From: Desulfobulbus propionicus
GTDB lineage: Bacteria > Desulfobacterota > Desulfobulbia > Desulfobulbales > Desulfobulbaceae
Assembly: GCA_002747135.1 (NCBI GenBank)
Contig: PDTE01000022.1
Coordinates: 167-64,166 of the forward strand
Direction of reading: 5' to 3'
Length of the DNA stretch: 64,000 bases
In this document: positions 1 through 9,307 of the stretch, one piece after another
Layout of the letters: every line of letters starts with the position of its first letter
How positions within the stretch are numbered: position 1 is the stretch's first letter
Translations under genes and position numbers: made by a program
The notes under the pieces: model-generated
The model's input: only the letters and a program-made list of their open reading frames with translations
Database searches by the model: none
What the model was told of the DNA's origin: nothing

Positions 1-138
1 GCCAGATATAACCTGGAATAAAATGCCGTTTTGCTCTCGTTACAGGTATTCGGATAAAAAAATGTGGTACATACAGGCAGCATCATTTCGTTAAATGGTT
101 GTTGTCAACTTTCCCCTCTTCAAATAATCAATCCACCC

Positions 139-702
139 ATGACCCCATTTCGTCCTACAGGGCCAACAGCTTCTCGGCGGCATTTTCTGAAGCGAAGTGC
201 TCAACTGTTTGTTGCCCTGGCTGTTTGTTCACCGATCAGGCTGTCCGCTTCTCCTCATACAAGGCGCTTTCTTTCCTTTTATCACACCCATACCGGGAAA
301 AGGCTTAATATATCCTATGCCTATGGCAAAAGGTACGATGCACTTGCCCTGGAACAGATTAAACATTATCTGCGTGATTTCAGGACAGGGGAAGAACATG
401 GTATTGACCCTCGTCTTCTTGACATCTTGTGGAATATTCAGCAAGATATAGGCCGTGAAGGTATATTTGAAGTGATTTCCGGGTATCGCTCTCCAGCAAC
501 AAATCGAAAACTGCGTCAGCAGAGCTCCGGGGTTGCCAGGCATAGCCTTCATATGCAGGGAAGGGCGATTGATGTCCGGTTCACCGGAGCCCCAACCAAA
601 TATCTCCAGCAGAGTGCTATTACCATGAAATGCGGCGGTGTAGGTTATTACAGGCATTCTGACTTTGTTCATCTTGATACAGGGCACTTTCGCACCTGGT
701 AG
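139..702 (+). CDS. YcbK/DUF882 family peptidase M15 (MepK-like) with Tat signal
   Basis: RRHFLK Tat motif, ISGYRSPATN, SLHMQGRAIDV, FVHLDTG motifs; start moved from GTG 64 to ATG 139. Confidence 0.9.
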   Translation: MTPFRPTGPTASRRHFLKRSAQLFVALAVCSPIRLSASPHTRRFLSFYHTHTGKRLNISYAYGKRYDALALEQIKHYLRDFRTGEEHGIDPRLLDILWNIQQDIGREGIFEVISGYRSPATNRKLRQQSSGVARHSLHMQGRAIDVRFTGAPTKYLQQSAITMKCGGVGYYRHSDFVHLDTGHFRTW

Positions 703-749
703 ATTTTACCCTGTTTATTGCTTGATCCGGATCTCTGAGTAGTCTTTCC

Positions 750-871
750 GTAACCAATCACGAGGGATGTACCATCCTGGTTTCACCTGCTTTACACCTG
801 TAGCTGCTTTCAGGGTGCCCGGATTTGGGCAAGCGCGAACGCCCGTTAAAAGGGTGAGCTGGGAGCCGTTC
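750..871 (+). mobile_element. MITE family A, internally deleted, B-like left end
   Basis: GTAACCAATCACG end then A body (TGTACC...CTGGTTTCAC...GGGCAAGCGCG...GGGTGAGCTGGGAGCCGTTC). Confidence 0.75.
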
Positions 872-879
872 TGATACGA

Positions 880-1827
880 TTAATACACTGGCAGAACAGA
901 ATCCGGATGCAGGTGCAGGAGTCCCTGCCGGGAATTCATGCTGGCATCCATACCAAGGGGCAGGGCATAATTATCCCTGTAATGACCAGAAGGGAAATTA
1001 CCCCATACAGGGCAGAGTGTATGGGCCGTCAACTCAAGGATACGCTGCCAGATATATTCCTGCGTGCGCAGATAATTCAGGGCGTCATTATCGTGGCCGG
1101 TATCAAAAGAACCGAGCAAGATGCCAGCCAGATTGTCAAATCGTCCGCTGAGCGCGAGCTGGGTGAGCATGCGGTCCAGGCGGTAGAGGGCCTCTCCGGT
1201 ATCTTCCAGTAACAGAATACAGTCGTCCCAGGCACAGTCCCAGGGTGTATTGATAAGGTGGACAAGGGTGGTCAGGTTCCCGCCAATGAGTTTCCCTCTG
1301 ACCTTTTCACCTTTACGTAAAATTTCAAGCTCTGGGGCCTTGATATCAGTGAGGTTCCCGGTCAGCAGGGAAAAAACCTGTTCCAGGTTGGCTGGAGACA
1401 GTCTGGCAAGGGAGGTTACAACCGGGCCGTGCACAGCTGTCATGTTACCTCGACCAGTCAGACCGCTCAGCAGCGCAGAGATGTCACTGAAGCCTATCAG
1501 CATTTTGGGGCGTTGTTGCAGCCTTTCCATGTTCAGATGAGGCAGCAGGCGCATTGAGCCAAATCCGCCCCTGATAGCCATAATTGCCTTTACCTTCTCA
1601 TCTGACCATAAGGAGAGCAAACTCTTCGCCCGCTGCTCATCCCTGTCGGCAAGATAATGGCCTGAGTACTGAAATGCACCTTTGATTATGACCTGAAAGC
1701 CCATGTCCTCAATAATACGGGTACCAATGTTCAGCAGCCTTTTATCTCGTACAGGTCCTGCGGGGCAGGTCAGGCCTATGGTATCGTTTTTCCGTAAAAA
1801 GGGAGGCAATGCAGGCTTGTTAATCAT
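880..1827 (-). CDS. ldcA: LD-carboxypeptidase (peptidase S66)
   Basis: IRGGFG, IGFSDIS, GGNLT, LLEDTGE, PSGH motifs. Confidence 0.9.
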   Translation of the reverse strand: MINKPALPPFLRKNDTIGLTCPAGPVRDKRLLNIGTRIIEDMGFQVIIKGAFQYSGHYLADRDEQRAKSLLSLWSDEKVKAIMAIRGGFGSMRLLPHLNMERLQQRPKMLIGFSDISALLSGLTGRGNMTAVHGPVVTSLARLSPANLEQVFSLLTGNLTDIKAPELEILRKGEKVRGKLIGGNLTTLVHLINTPWDCAWDDCILLLEDTGEALYRLDRMLTQLALSGRFDNLAGILLGSFDTGHDNDALNYLRTQEYIWQRILELTAHTLCPVWGNFPSGHYRDNYALPLGMDASMNSRQGLLHLHPDSVLPVY

Positions 1828-2620
1828 TGGTGTTCAACGTATATATTTTTTGCAGACCGCTCAGGGTTAAATGAGGATCAACAGTAACGAGGCTTTGGGT
1901 GTAGGGTTTGATCAGCCCGGCCATACCGCCTGTGCCAATGACATTAACGGGTTCGTCTGCTTTGGCCAATTCCAGGCTCAGCGTATCTACCATCCGGTCA
2001 ACCAGACCGCCAAAACCGTACAGCATACCGGAATGAATTGCCTGTACCGTCGATCTGCCAATAATGTTTTTCGGGGTAGCATCAATGTCCAGGCGCGGCA
2101 ATTTTGCAGTTCGCGATGCCAGGGCGTCAAGTGATATGCCTATACCTGGATGAATGGTTCCACCCAGATACTCCTGACGGCTGTTCACACAGTCAAAGGT
2201 GATGGCCGTGCCAAAGTCCACCACAATAAAGGCTGTGTGAAATATGTCCCAGGCGGCAATGGAGTTAACAATACGGTCCGCCCCGATCTCGGCTGGATTG
2301 TTTAGAACAATTTTGAGACCGCCCAGGTTAAGGGAGGTGTTGACAGCAACAGGCGGTTGATCCAGGCGGGTAAAGCAGGAGGCTGCAAAGTGCAGCCAAC
2401 TCGTTTCCAATAGGGGAACAACCGATGAAATGATGACACCGGTAATCTCTCCAGGGTCAATATTCGCCAGTTTAAAAAGCGTCATATAACGAATCGCCAG
2501 TTCATCAGGGGTACTGTCCTGAGCCGATTGGAGACGCCAGTTGGTGAGAAAGGTATTGTTGTGCAGCACACCGCTTACTGTGTGCGAGTTGCCGACATCA
2601 ACGGTAAAAAGCATGGTCAT
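1820..2620 (-). CDS. coaX: Type III pantothenate kinase
   Basis: DVGNSHT, GADR, VVDFGTAITFD, GTGG motifs. Confidence 0.95.
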   Translation of the reverse strand: MTMLFTVDVGNSHTVSGVLHNNTFLTNWRLQSAQDSTPDELAIRYMTLFKLANIDPGEITGVIISSVVPLLETSWLHFAASCFTRLDQPPVAVNTSLNLGGLKIVLNNPAEIGADRIVNSIAAWDIFHTAFIVVDFGTAITFDCVNSRQEYLGGTIHPGIGISLDALASRTAKLPRLDIDATPKNIIGRSTVQAIHSGMLYGFGGLVDRMVDTLSLELAKADEPVNVIGTGGMAGLIKPYTQSLVTVDPHLTLSGLQKIYTLNTND

Positions 2621-2711
2621 TCTCCTCTGTCCTTGCTATAAATAGAAGGTGAGTACCAGAAAACAGGTTGCCAGATTATTGTCAACTTACCTCGCTGTCA
2701 AGGGTGCTACA

Positions 2712-2725
2712 ATGAGAAATCCGGG
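2712..2725. repeat. Solo family C terminal inverted repeat
   Basis: ATGAGAAATCCGGG identical to the C element end, followed by CTAA. Confidence 0.55.
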
Positions 2726-2741
2726 CTAACAGGAGTAAATT

Positions 2742-3074
2742 ATGTCAACTTCTTCCTATATTCAGGTACAAACAACGCTGGCAGATGAAGAGAGTGCCAG
2801 ACGTATTGCCAGCGAAATAGTAAGTAGAAGGCTTGCCGCCTGTGTGCAGGTAACAGTATGTCATTCAATCTACCATTGGCAGGGTAAGATTGAGCATGAC
2901 GACGAATTTCTCTGCGTCATGAAGACACGCACAGATTTTTTTCCTGAACTTTGCAGGGCGATTGAAGAGCTTCATCCTTATGAAGTGGCGGAGATAATCG
3001 CGCTTCCTCTTGTGAATGGGAGTGAAAGGTATCTCCGGTGGATAGACAAGGAATTAAGGCAGAAGCAGGCATGA
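2742..3074 (+). CDS. cutA: Divalent-cation tolerance protein CutA
   Basis: RLAACVQ, SIYHWQGKIE, HPYEVAEI motifs. Confidence 0.95.
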   Translation: MSTSSYIQVQTTLADEESARRIASEIVSRRLAACVQVTVCHSIYHWQGKIEHDDEFLCVMKTRTDFFPELCRAIEELHPYEVAEIIALPLVNGSERYLRWIDKELRQKQA

Positions 3075-3277
3075 GTAAAAGGAATGAACCTGTAAAACGG
3101 CGTCGACGGAAAAAAAACTTTTGCTGCAGCTGTTGCAGAAAAGAACAGCCTTTTTGCTGGAGCTGTACCTGCGGTTTTCAGATTTGTCCAGCCTGTTTTG
3201 AGGAGAACAAATGGGGCATGAGTAATGGCCCGACCTGGATATGCCCTGATTGTGAGCGGATTCATATGATGGAATAA
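3071..3277 (+). CDS. Small Cys-rich putative zinc-finger protein (68 aa)
   Basis: ATGA overlap with cutA stop; basic N-terminus; 11 Cys including CPAC and CPDC. Confidence 0.75.
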   Translation: MSKRNEPVKRRRRKKNFCCSCCRKEQPFCWSCTCGFQICPACFEENKWGMSNGPTWICPDCERIHMME

Positions 3278-3283
3278 CCGTAC

Positions 3284-3666
3284 GTAACAGCTCCCGGTTC
3301 ACCCGTTTTCGGGAGATTACGACTGGCCCGGATTTCTCATGAACATGTTGTCTGATTTGAAAAGAAACACATAAAAACAGATGTAGGTGATGTCCGTAAG
3401 CAGTCTCAGGTTTCGCCAAAATGTTCACCAGAGGTCAGCTGAGGCGGTACCATCTTCGGCAGTATTCTGGCAGCACATATACAAAGGTATAATGAGTTAC
3501 CAGAAACTACCGAACCTGGCACCGCCTGAGCTGATGAGAAATCCGGGCTGGCCGCAGAGAGGAGCTATAGCGGCTAATCGCGCCTGCCCGGATATGGGGG
3601 CACTGAAAGCAGTTACAGACTGGGAGCAAGTGAAACCAGGGTAACAGGTGCCCTGTGAGTAGTTAC
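3284..3666 (-). mobile_element. MITE family A interrupted by a family C element
   Basis: GTAAC...GTTAC ends; removing C and one CTGG restores the A consensus. Confidence 0.85.
3327..3547 (+). mobile_element. MITE family C (221 bp)
   Basis: TIR CCCGGATTTCTCAT/ATGAGAAATCCGGG, 4-bp direct repeat CTGG, second copy at 60678-60898. Confidence 0.9.
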
Positions 3667-3677
3667 GAATAAACAAC

Positions 3678-3835
3678 GTAACTACTCACTGGGTGTGTAA
3701 CTCTCTGATTGTACATGCCTCAAACGTGTAACTGCTCTCAGGCTGCCCCTATTTGGACAAGCACGACCCGCCGCTATAGACCCTCTATGCGGCGGGTCGT
3801 GATCGTTCAAAGAGGGGTGAGCTGTGAGCAGTTAC
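3678..3835 (+). mobile_element. MITE family A, full length 158 bp
   Basis: GTAACTACTCAC...GTGAGCAGTTAC ends; perfect 8-bp target duplication TAAACAAC. Confidence 0.92.
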
Positions 3836-3847
3836 TAAACAACAAAC

Positions 3848-3888
3848 GTAATCGATAACGGGGAGGTACAGACCTCGTTATCGATTAC
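3848..3888. mobile_element. 41-bp minimal palindromic element with GTAA...TTAC ends
   Basis: GTAATCGATAACG...CGTTATCGATTAC; flanks CAACAAAC/CAACAAGC (7/8). Confidence 0.7.
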
Positions 3889-3913
3889 CAACAAGCAGCT
3901 GTCTCTTTTATAT

Positions 3914-5746
3914 ATGACCTCGCATCATTACGACGAATCAAAGATAAAAACTCTCAGCTCCCTTGAACATATTAGAAAGCGTCCGGGGATGTACATTGGC
4001 CGCCTGGGGGATGGAAGCCATCCTGATGACGGGATATATATCCTGCTTAAGGAGGTTGTGGATAACGCAGTCGATGAGTTTATCATGGGCTATGGAAAAC
4101 GCGTTGAGGTTGCGATAACAGATGAGGGCCGCTGCATGGTAAGGGATTATGGCCGTGGCATTCCTCTTGGCAAGGTTGTTGAGTGTGTCTCGGTAATAAA
4201 TACCGGGGCCAAGTACAATACCGATGTTTTTCAGTTCTCTGTGGGGCTCAATGGTGTCGGCACCAAGGCGGTGAATGCGCTGTCAGCAGATTTTACGGTA
4301 TGTGCTTTTCGAGACGGCAGGTATAAACGGGCCATCTTTTTTCAGGGTGAATTGCAGGCAGAAGAGGAAGGGGAAACAAAGGAAAAAAACGGAACGCTCA
4401 TTGAATTTTCTCCTGATTCAACCCTGTTTCCCAAATACGCATTTGACCAGGAGTATGTTGAACAGAGACTGTGGCGTTATGCCTATCTCAATGCCGGCCT
4501 GCGCCTTTTTTATAACGGTGCCGAATATCATTCGGTAAATGGCCTGCAGGATCTGCTTGAAAAGGAGGTAAGCAGGAAGCATATTTATCCGCCGGTTCAC
4601 TTCACAGACAAGTCCCTGGAGTTTTCCTTTACCCATACCGACGAATACGGAGAGCTGTATTTTTCTTTTGTCAACGGCACTTATACCAGCGAGGGGGGGA
4701 CTCATCTCTCCGCTTTTCGGGAGGGATTTTTAAAAGGGGTAAACGAGTTCAGCGGGAAAAAATTCAATGGTCAGGATGTCCGTGACGGACTTGTCGGTAT
4801 ACTGGCTGTCAAAGTGCAGGAGCCGGTTTTTGAGTCGCAGACAAAAAATAAGCTGGGCAATACCGAGATCCGTTCTGCCATTGTCAACAGGGTCAGGGAC
4901 GGGGTTGCCAATTACCTGTATATGTACCCTGATTCGGCGGAAATTCTCCTTGATAAAATTCAGCGAAACGAACGGGTCCGCCGGGAACTGCAGTCCGTAC
5001 GGAGGGAAGCAAAAGCCAAGGCCAGGAAAGTTGCCCTGAAAATTCCGCAACTGAAAGACTGCAAATATCATCCCTCAAAAAATAAACCTTCCAAGCCTGG
5101 TCAGGAAAACATGCTGTTTATCACCGAAGGGCAGTCAGCAGCCGGTTCCATTGTCAGTTCGCGGGATCCCATGACTCAGGCGGTTTTCTCCATAAAGGGA
5201 AAACCCATGAATGTCTTTGGACAACGTCTTGATCTGCTTTATAAAAATGATGAGATGTACTCGTTGATGCGTACCCTGGATATAGAAGGCTCGGTTTCCA
5301 ACCTTCGCTTTGATCGTGTGATTCTGGCGACCGATGCAGATGTGGACGGTCTCCATATTCGCAACCTTCTGCTCACTTTTTTTCTTCACTATTTTGAGCA
5401 GCTGATCAAGCGTGGCCATGTGTATATTTTAGAAACGCCAATATTCAGGGCCAGAAACAAGAAAAACACCATTTATTGTTATAACGAACAGGAACTGGAT
5501 GTCGCCTTTAAATCACTTGGTGCCGGTGGAAAATCGGATAAAAATGTCGAAGTTACCCGTTTTAAGGGATTAGGTGAGATATCTCCCCCTGAATTCAAAC
5601 AGTTTATCGGGCCTGGTATCAGACTCAAACAGGTACGAATGGATTCCATTGGTGAAGCAAGTGATGTACTGACCTTTTATATGGGTAAAAATACTCCCGA
5701 GCGTCGTCAGTATATCATGGATCATCTTACCTTGAGGCCGGTATGA
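3914..5746 (+). CDS. parE: DNA topoisomerase IV subunit B
   Basis: RKRPGMYIG, EVVDNAVDE, GLNGVG, DADVDG, RFKGLGE; short form paired with a ParC-type gene. Confidence 0.92.
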   Translation: MTSHHYDESKIKTLSSLEHIRKRPGMYIGRLGDGSHPDDGIYILLKEVVDNAVDEFIMGYGKRVEVAITDEGRCMVRDYGRGIPLGKVVECVSVINTGAKYNTDVFQFSVGLNGVGTKAVNALSADFTVCAFRDGRYKRAIFFQGELQAEEEGETKEKNGTLIEFSPDSTLFPKYAFDQEYVEQRLWRYAYLNAGLRLFYNGAEYHSVNGLQDLLEKEVSRKHIYPPVHFTDKSLEFSFTHTDEYGELYFSFVNGTYTSEGGTHLSAFREGFLKGVNEFSGKKFNGQDVRDGLVGILAVKVQEPVFESQTKNKLGNTEIRSAIVNRVRDGVANYLYMYPDSAEILLDKIQRNERVRRELQSVRREAKAKARKVALKIPQLKDCKYHPSKNKPSKPGQENMLFITEGQSAAGSIVSSRDPMTQAVFSIKGKPMNVFGQRLDLLYKNDEMYSLMRTLDIEGSVSNLRFDRVILATDADVDGLHIRNLLLTFFLHYFEQLIKRGHVYILETPIFRARNKKNTIYCYNEQELDVAFKSLGAGGKSDKNVEVTRFKGLGEISPPEFKQFIGPGIRLKQVRMDSIGEASDVLTFYMGKNTPERRQYIMDHLTLRPV

Positions 5747-7734
5747 CAGAGATCAGGGACCACCAGCCCGGAAAGCTGCACAAACTGTTTGAGGCAAATT
5801 TTCTTGAATATACCTCGTATGTAATCAGGGAGCGTGCCATACCAGAGGTAGATGACGGCCTGAAACCTGTTCAGCGCCGGATTTTACAGACGCTGCATAA
5901 TATGGACGATGGCCGCTATCATAAGGTCGCCAATGTCGTCGGGGAAACCATGAAACTTCATCCCCATGGCGATCAATCCATTTTTGCCGCGCTGGTAAAC
6001 CTGGCTAACAAGGATTTTCTGATAGATCGTCAGGGAAATTTCGGTAATATCTATACAGGAGATCAGGCTTCTGCGGCCAGATATATTGAATGCCGCTTAA
6101 CCCCGCTTGCCCGCGAAGCTCTGTTTAATAAAGAACTGACCGAATTTATCGATTCCTATGATGGCCGCATGCAGGAACCGGTTTCCCTGCCGGTGAAGAT
6201 TCCGTTACTTCTTCTCCTGGGTGCTGAAGGTATCGCTGTTGGTATGGCTACCAAGATCATGCCCCATAATTTTAACGAGCTGCTGGAAGCACAGATTGCC
6301 TGCCTGCAGGGAAAAGACTTCACCCTGTATCCAGATTTTCCGCGTGGCGGTATTGTTGATGTAAGTGATTATGATCACGGTAACGGCAGGATCAGGTGCC
6401 GGGCCCGCCTTGAAAAACCTGACAGTAAAACCATACAGATCACCGAGCTCCCTTACAATGTCACCACCATTTCCCTGATTGATTCCATTGAACGGGCGGC
6501 AAAAGCGGGAAAGCTGAAGATAGCCTCGGTAAATGACTATACTGCGGAAAAGGTCGAGGTGGAAATTAAACTGCCTCGAGGTATTCATGCCGAAGAGACC
6601 ATTGATGCACTCTATGCTTTTACTGATTGTGAAGTGGCAGTTTCTCCAAATCTAATCAGCATAGAGAATGATCTGCCAAAAGTGGGTACCGTCGAGGGAG
6701 TTCTGCGCCGTAATACAAAAACACTGACGGCTCTGTTAAAAAAAGAGCTGGAGCTTGATCTTGCCAGGTTTCTGGCAAAATGGCATGCACGCAGGCTTGA
6801 GCAGCTCTTCATTGAGGAGCGGATTTACAAGGAGATCGAAGAAAAAACCAGCTATAAGGCTGTTATAGATGTGGTGAGAAAAGGGCTGCGGCCTTTTGCC
6901 GGCGAATTGCAGCAAAAAGTGACGACAAAAGATATTGAGCGGCTGCTGGAAATTAGGATCAGGCGGATCTCCCGATATGATATCAAAAAGCAGCAAAAGG
7001 AACTCAGGGATATTGAGGTAAAAATAGCGGCAATACGTAAAGACCTGCAGGATATTGTCGGCTTTACCATTGGCTATATTGAAACGCTTTTAAAAAGATA
7101 TGGGCCAGACTATCCCCGGCGCAGTGAGCTCAGGACGCTGGGTGAGATAGATGCTCGTGCAGCCGCGCTCTCTAACCTGACGTTGGTGTATCAGAAAGAT
7201 AACGGTTTTCTCGGGCACAAGCTCAAGGTCGAAAATCCCCGTAAGGACATGGAACTGACCTGCTCTGAATATGATCGTGTTCTGCTCATTTTTAAAACTG
7301 GCATGTACAAGGTGGTCAGCGTGCAGGATAAACTGTTCATCGGCAATGAACTTTACTGGATGGGTTTAGTGCAGCCCAAGCTGACATTTAACCTGATATA
7401 CCGTAACGGCAGGGAAAATTTGACCTATGCCAAGCGTTTTGAAACACCAAAATTCATACTCAACCGGGAGTACCGACTTTTTGCTGAGCATAAACGCTCT
7501 GTCATACTTTTCCTTGTGCCCGGCGAGAAGGAAGTGCGGGCCAGAGTCAGCCTGGTGCCGTCTCCGCGGGCAAAGTATAACAGTGTTGACATAGAGTTTG
7601 ATGAATACCTGGTGAAGGGTGCTTCTGCCAAAGGGAAACGGGTTTCTAACCGGGCGGTGAAAAGCGTCAGTAACCAGACTGGCCAGCCACGTAAAGAAAA
7701 ACCTGGCACCCTGGGACTACCAGGTTTTGGGTAA
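5743..7734 (+). CDS. parC: DNA topoisomerase IV subunit A
   Basis: DGLKPVQRR, HPHGD, AARYIE catalytic Tyr; no GyrA-box seen. Confidence 0.92.
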   Translation: MTEIRDHQPGKLHKLFEANFLEYTSYVIRERAIPEVDDGLKPVQRRILQTLHNMDDGRYHKVANVVGETMKLHPHGDQSIFAALVNLANKDFLIDRQGNFGNIYTGDQASAARYIECRLTPLAREALFNKELTEFIDSYDGRMQEPVSLPVKIPLLLLLGAEGIAVGMATKIMPHNFNELLEAQIACLQGKDFTLYPDFPRGGIVDVSDYDHGNGRIRCRARLEKPDSKTIQITELPYNVTTISLIDSIERAAKAGKLKIASVNDYTAEKVEVEIKLPRGIHAEETIDALYAFTDCEVAVSPNLISIENDLPKVGTVEGVLRRNTKTLTALLKKELELDLARFLAKWHARRLEQLFIEERIYKEIEEKTSYKAVIDVVRKGLRPFAGELQQKVTTKDIERLLEIRIRRISRYDIKKQQKELRDIEVKIAAIRKDLQDIVGFTIGYIETLLKRYGPDYPRRSELRTLGEIDARAAALSNLTLVYQKDNGFLGHKLKVENPRKDMELTCSEYDRVLLIFKTGMYKVVSVQDKLFIGNELYWMGLVQPKLTFNLIYRNGRENLTYAKRFETPKFILNREYRLFAEHKRSVILFLVPGEKEVRARVSLVPSPRAKYNSVDIEFDEYLVKGASAKGKRVSNRAVKSVSNQTGQPRKEKPGTLGLPGFG

Positions 7735-7828
7735 CCCTGTCTGGTTCCCTTCAAATAATTCTTTAGTTGTATGATGCTGCGTCCGAGAAATAATAGAAGT
7801 CACCTGTCGGAAAACAAAAGGAGAAAAC

Positions 7829-8518
7829 ATGCGTGCAAGAGCTGCAGTAAGAGGTATGATAAGCCTGATAATTGTCGCAGTCTTAGCCCCTGCCGGATGT
7901 ATACGTATCCCCCAACCCACAGGATACAGCTATTCCAGGCAGCACAAAATGCAGTCCGCTCATCACTGGAATGTTCTTGCAGCCGATGTAGCAAAAGAGA
8001 TCAATAACGAACTGATAGCTCGAGGTTACCTGGTTACGCCGGTTTATGTCCGTCATAGCTGCGGTAAACCAGATAATTGTGGCAAGGGGGAGACATATGC
8101 CTTTGATGAAGGGTTTAATGACCTGCTTGTAACCAAATTGGTAAATTTTGGTGTCCCTACGCGGGCAAAAGAAGAAGAGAGTGCTCTGACCGTTGAGTAT
8201 AAAGTACAGGTAGTCTTTCATCCGTCACCACCCAGACAGCTGCTCCAGCCAGGGGTGCTGACCGCCCTGAGTGCTGGTATCCTTGTACTGCGGAATGCCC
8301 CGGAAGATTTACTCATTTTGGCCTCAAGTGGAGCTGTTGATATGGCAGCGGCTGCAACTGTTATCAACGGACACTATGAAGTAATTATTACCACCTCAAT
8401 AGTGGATGATAATAAATATGTCATGCGAAGTTCCAGTATTTATTATATAAATGATATGGATTTCTGGCATTATCAGCAAACAGTGCCGGCAAAAGAACTG
8501 GAGCTGTCCAACTCGTGA
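7829..8518 (+). CDS. Hypothetical lipoprotein
   Basis: Long ORF with lipobox-like PAGC; in tandem with the FlgO-like gene. Confidence 0.75.
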   Translation: MRARAAVRGMISLIIVAVLAPAGCIRIPQPTGYSYSRQHKMQSAHHWNVLAADVAKEINNELIARGYLVTPVYVRHSCGKPDNCGKGETYAFDEGFNDLLVTKLVNFGVPTRAKEEESALTVEYKVQVVFHPSPPRQLLQPGVLTALSAGILVLRNAPEDLLILASSGAVDMAAAATVINGHYEVIITTSIVDDNKYVMRSSSIYYINDMDFWHYQQTVPAKELELSNS

Positions 8519-8546
8519 TAGCTGCTCTTAAATAAGGAAGGTGCTC

Positions 8547-9188
8547 ATGCTCAGGGGCTGGTTCTACAGTAGGTATGTGTTGTATGCGTTTATCCTGTTG
8601 CTGCTGTCTGCCTGCAGCAGCCTCAACGGCACCAGGCTTGAGCCAGTGCTTGGTGGGCATATAAACCTGGTTAAACTCGGGGATGACATCGCAGAAGAGT
8701 TGGTAATTCAATCGTTTCCACCTGTTTTACCACGTCAGATGGAACAACCTGTGCTGGTCACCACTTTGGTTGACAATAACGATTTACAGAAAACAACCGC
8801 CTTTGGCCGGAGCCTGCAGGATGCTATACTGGGAGGCTTTGTGCAGCGGGGATATGCAGCCAAAGAATTGAAACTCCGCCCGGAAGTTGTTGTTCAGGAA
8901 CAGCGTGGTGAATTCATGCTTTCCCGTGAACTCAGTAAAATAGCCCAGAGGCAGCGAGCTCAGGCTGTTGTTGTCGGTACATACACCCTGGCTAACAGGA
9001 TGCTCTATCTCTCTGTTCGGCTTGTGTCCCCCCAGGATCGCGCCATTCGCTCCACCTTTGAAGACCGTCTTTACCTTGATGAATACAGCCTTCTCCTGTT
9101 CAATAAAAAATTCGTTGATAAAGCTGAGACAGAAGATACTGTTGTCCAGCCACCCCGCGAATCGTATTTGGATAAAATTTTTTACTGA
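8547..9188 (+). CDS. FlgO-family outer membrane lipoprotein
   Basis: LSAC lipobox; GEFMLSREL and VVVGTY...SVRLV pattern typical of the FlgO domain. Confidence 0.75.
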   Translation: MLRGWFYSRYVLYAFILLLLSACSSLNGTRLEPVLGGHINLVKLGDDIAEELVIQSFPPVLPRQMEQPVLVTTLVDNNDLQKTTAFGRSLQDAILGGFVQRGYAAKELKLRPEVVVQEQRGEFMLSRELSKIAQRQRAQAVVVGTYTLANRMLYLSVRLVSPQDRAIRSTFEDRLYLDEYSLLLFNKKFVDKAETEDTVVQPPRESYLDKIFY

Positions 9189-9194
9189 TCCTGG

Positions 9195-9268
9195 TCGGGG
9201 CAACCTGAAAGCAGTTACAGACGTAAAGCAAGTAAAATAAAGAGGTGACATACCCTGTGAGGAGTTAC
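9195..9268 (-). mobile_element. MITE family A fragment
   Basis: CCTGAAAGCAGTTACAGACGTAAAGCAAG...CCCTGTGAGGAGTTAC. Confidence 0.8.
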
Positions 9269-9307
9269 ACTCCGGGGTAAAGGCCCTGTGAGTCAAGAGG
9301 AGAAGCT

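Noticed and set aside
3678-3835. A/B elements as integron attC sites (TAAC...GTTA hairpins between genes)
   Set aside because: They have 8-bp target duplications, mixed orientation, lie among core flagellar genes, and no integrase is present.
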